Positions 48,316 through 50,097 of a DNA stretch of 50,097 nt are shown piece by piece. The stretch lies in contig JAAZHE010000011.1 of NCBI GenBank assembly GCA_012510855.1, positions 1 to 50,097 of the forward strand. Direction: 5' to 3'. Made by a program: the position numbers and the translations under genes. This stretch comes from Bacillota bacterium (GTDB lineage: Bacteria; Bacillota; Limnochordia; DTU087). Below the pieces are notes generated by a model. That model had not been told where the DNA came from and ran no database searches. It was given only the letters and a program-made list of their open reading frames with translations. Position 1 is the first letter of the stretch. Each line of letters opens with the position of its first letter.

Positions 48316-49179
48316 GTGAACATCACTACCCGTCTGAGCAGACCCGATGAAAGTGCCACTATCCATGAAGTCATAGATACGGCCCGGTGGGGTATCACCC
48401 GGGAATGTGTTGAACTAGTATTAACCCTCGATCCGCAAGGATATGTTCTAGGCCTCGATGAAACCGGTCGGGCCCTGGGAGTAGGATTTGGCCTGGGGTT
48501 AGGGCAGACGGCTTGGTTGGGCCATCTTGTGGTACGCCCTGAAGCCCGAGGTCAGGGTTTGGGTACCCGCTTGTTTACTGAGCTCTTAGAGAAAGTAAAG
48601 CAAGCGGGCAGATGGCCCATCTATCTTACTGCCACCGAAATGGGCGCACCGCTTTATGCCAAGTTTGGCTTTGTTCTAGATGGCGGCTTAACCCGCTGGG
48701 AAATCCCGGAAAACAGCCAAGTGAAAGTGGACGAGAGCTGGTCCCGACATCCAGACATCCAGGTCCTCAAGATCAAGGAAGAAGACTTACCCGAAATCGC
48801 TGAATTCGATGCCCTGCGGTTCGGCGACAATCGGGGTGAACTTTTGGCCTTATTCTATCGATTATATCCAGAAAATGGGCGGCTGGCACGGCGCTCAGAC
48901 GGCCAGCTCGCCGGTTATGTCCTCGGGGGGACATTAGGTTTGGGACCCTTTGTCGCTGATGCCGATGCGGCGGGGCCCCTCTTTGCTGAAGCTCTGACCA
49001 TGCCCCTTGAAGGTAGACCCCCGAGGTCCTTTACCTTCCTTGATGCCAATACACAAGCTGCGGAGCTCTGCCAAAGGGCAGGTCTTGTTTCTACCAGGAC
49101 TTGGGTGCGGATGAGACTAGGTGAAGGCTGTCAGCCCAAGGATGAGACCATCTTTAATATGTCAGTAGCACACGGCTAA
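48316..49179 (+). CDS. Two-domain GNAT-family N-acetyltransferase
   Basis: The acetyl-CoA motif A is 'LVVRPEARGQGLGTRLF', with 'APLYAKFGF' downstream. The C-terminal ~150 aa resemble the YitH-type second domain. Confidence 0.75.
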   Translation: MNITTRLSRPDESATIHEVIDTARWGITRECVELVLTLDPQGYVLGLDETGRALGVGFGLGLGQTAWLGHLVVRPEARGQGLGTRLFTELLEKVKQAGRWPIYLTATEMGAPLYAKFGFVLDGGLTRWEIPENSQVKVDESWSRHPDIQVLKIKEEDLPEIAEFDALRFGDNRGELLALFYRLYPENGRLARRSDGQLAGYVLGGTLGLGPFVADADAAGPLFAEALTMPLEGRPPRSFTFLDANTQAAELCQRAGLVSTRTWVRMRLGEGCQPKDETIFNMSVAHG

Positions 49180-49219
49180 TCTACCGTTGGCCAAGGCTGA
49201 TTATAAGGAGGCAGAAATC

Positions 49220-50097
49220 ATGATCGACTTCGGTGGACTAAAGCTGAGAAACCCTGTAGTAATAGCCTCGGGACCGGTTAGCGCAACCATTGAACAACTA
49301 GAGGCCGCGGATCGAGCGGGTGCCGCTGCGGCCAGCATCAAGCAGGTAATGACCCGGCAGACATTCCGGGGCAACCTGCGGGCCTACTCCCAGCCCGACC
49401 ATGTGATGATCTTCCCCATCGACAGGCGGTTAGACGTGGAAGAAGGTCTGGAGCTGGTAAAAGAGGCCAAACGGCGAAAACTAAAGATGGCAATCATCGT
49501 GAACCTCTCCTCCCAGGAGCCTGACATCGAAGATTACGGCCGTCTTGCCCGCAAGTTCGAGCAAGCTGGAGCCGATGCCATCGAGATCAATCTCTGCTGC
49601 CCCAACTTCAGCTTAACCAAAAGGCAGCTGGGGCGTACTGTAACCGAAGATGATATTGAGACCGGCGCGGTCACTGGCCAAAACCCCAAGCTGGCGGCAG
49701 CAATAACCAAGTGCATTAAGGACTATGTAGACATTCCAGTCATTCCCAAACTCACCCCCACGGCCCTTGATCCCGGTCTGGTGGCAGAGATGTGCGAACA
49801 GGCTGGAGCCGACGGTTTCTCAGTTGTCGGTGGTCCCAGCTTAGGCGCACCTCCAGTTGATATCTACAACCAGGGAAGACCTCTGTATCCCCTGATGGAG
49901 CGAGCCGCCTTCGGAGCCATGACCGGTTCCATCATCCGCTACGCGACCTTCAAGATCACCGGCCAGGTGGCCCAACGGGTAAAGGCCCCGGTAATGTCCT
50001 CCGGTGGCATCGATACTTGGGAACACGCCATTCAGATGATGATGTACGGCGCTAAGGTAGTATCTGTCTGCACGTCTGTGATGTGGCACGGCTGGGA
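49220..50097 (+). CDS. PreA/DPD-like flavoprotein, paralogue of 42535..43716 (3'-truncated by the window end)
   Basis: This ORF is not in the supplied track because it has no stop in the window. ATG 49220 follows 'aaggagg'. 'LKLRNPVVIASGP', 'ADAIEINLCCPN', 'IPVIPKLTP' and 'PVMSSGGIDTWEHA' are collinear with the 42535 protein, at roughly 40% identity by eye. Confidence 0.8.
   Translation, partial: MIDFGGLKLRNPVVIASGPVSATIEQLEAADRAGAAAASIKQVMTRQTFRGNLRAYSQPDHVMIFPIDRRLDVEEGLELVKEAKRRKLKMAIIVNLSSQEPDIEDYGRLARKFEQAGADAIEINLCCPNFSLTKRQLGRTVTEDDIETGAVTGQNPKLAAAITKCIKDYVDIPVIPKLTPTALDPGLVAEMCEQAGADGFSVVGGPSLGAPPVDIYNQGRPLYPLMERAAFGAMTGSIIRYATFKITGQVAQRVKAPVMSSGGIDTWEHAIQMMMYGAKVVSVCTSVMWHGW

Overview
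This 50,097-bp window is densely coding and almost entirely + strand. I read it as a carbohydrate and sugar-acid utilisation region of a Gram-positive-like bacterium, based on strong GGAGG-type RBSs, frequent GTG/TTG starts and 4-nt ATGA/GTGA start/stop overlaps. I support about 44 protein-coding genes, two short gene remnants, one permease gene interrupted by an in-frame TGA, and a set of stem-loops and terminators. I could not recognise any rRNA, tRNA, CRISPR array, transposase, integrase or phage gene.

Modules:
1. 382-7722: an RpiR-regulated hexuronate-like operon (2-hydroxyacid dehydrogenase, uronate-isomerase-like amidohydrolase, Eda aldolase, mannonate-oxidoreductase-type SDR, FGGY kinase, LarA-family protein).
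2. 7862-18918: mostly single-gene units (Cache-MCP, Fe-ADH, ketose-3-epimerase-like TIM barrel, HEPN-like/CBS fusion, GH51 arabinofuranosidase, HD-GYP, MFS, two secreted unknowns).
3. 19022-22778: an ABC exporter and a Gfo/Idh/MocA oxidoreductase bracketed by GNAT and VOC gene remnants.
4. 22917-36356: D-lyxose-isomerase-like cupin, an Opp/Dpp-type ABC importer whose binding-protein gene is separated from the permease genes by three redox/TIM-barrel genes, and a long GH51-like enzyme.
5. 37062-42517: a nagA/nagB/ROK cluster with an extra TIM barrel and a Gfo/Idh/MocA enzyme.
6. 42535-50097: two paralogous PreA/dihydropyrimidine-dehydrogenase-like flavo-FeS proteins bracketing a LIV-type ABC importer and a GNAT.

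Best candidates for undescribed biology, all of them inference that needs testing:
- The dehydratase-less hexuronate operon with a LarA-type (nickel-pincer) epimerase.
- The duplicated PreA-like proteins that appear to lack the catalytic Cys.
- The oxidoreductase/TIM-barrel genes embedded in the Opp-type glycan importer locus.
- The HEPN-like/CBS fusion.

All functional calls rest on motif recognition by eye. No database search was run.
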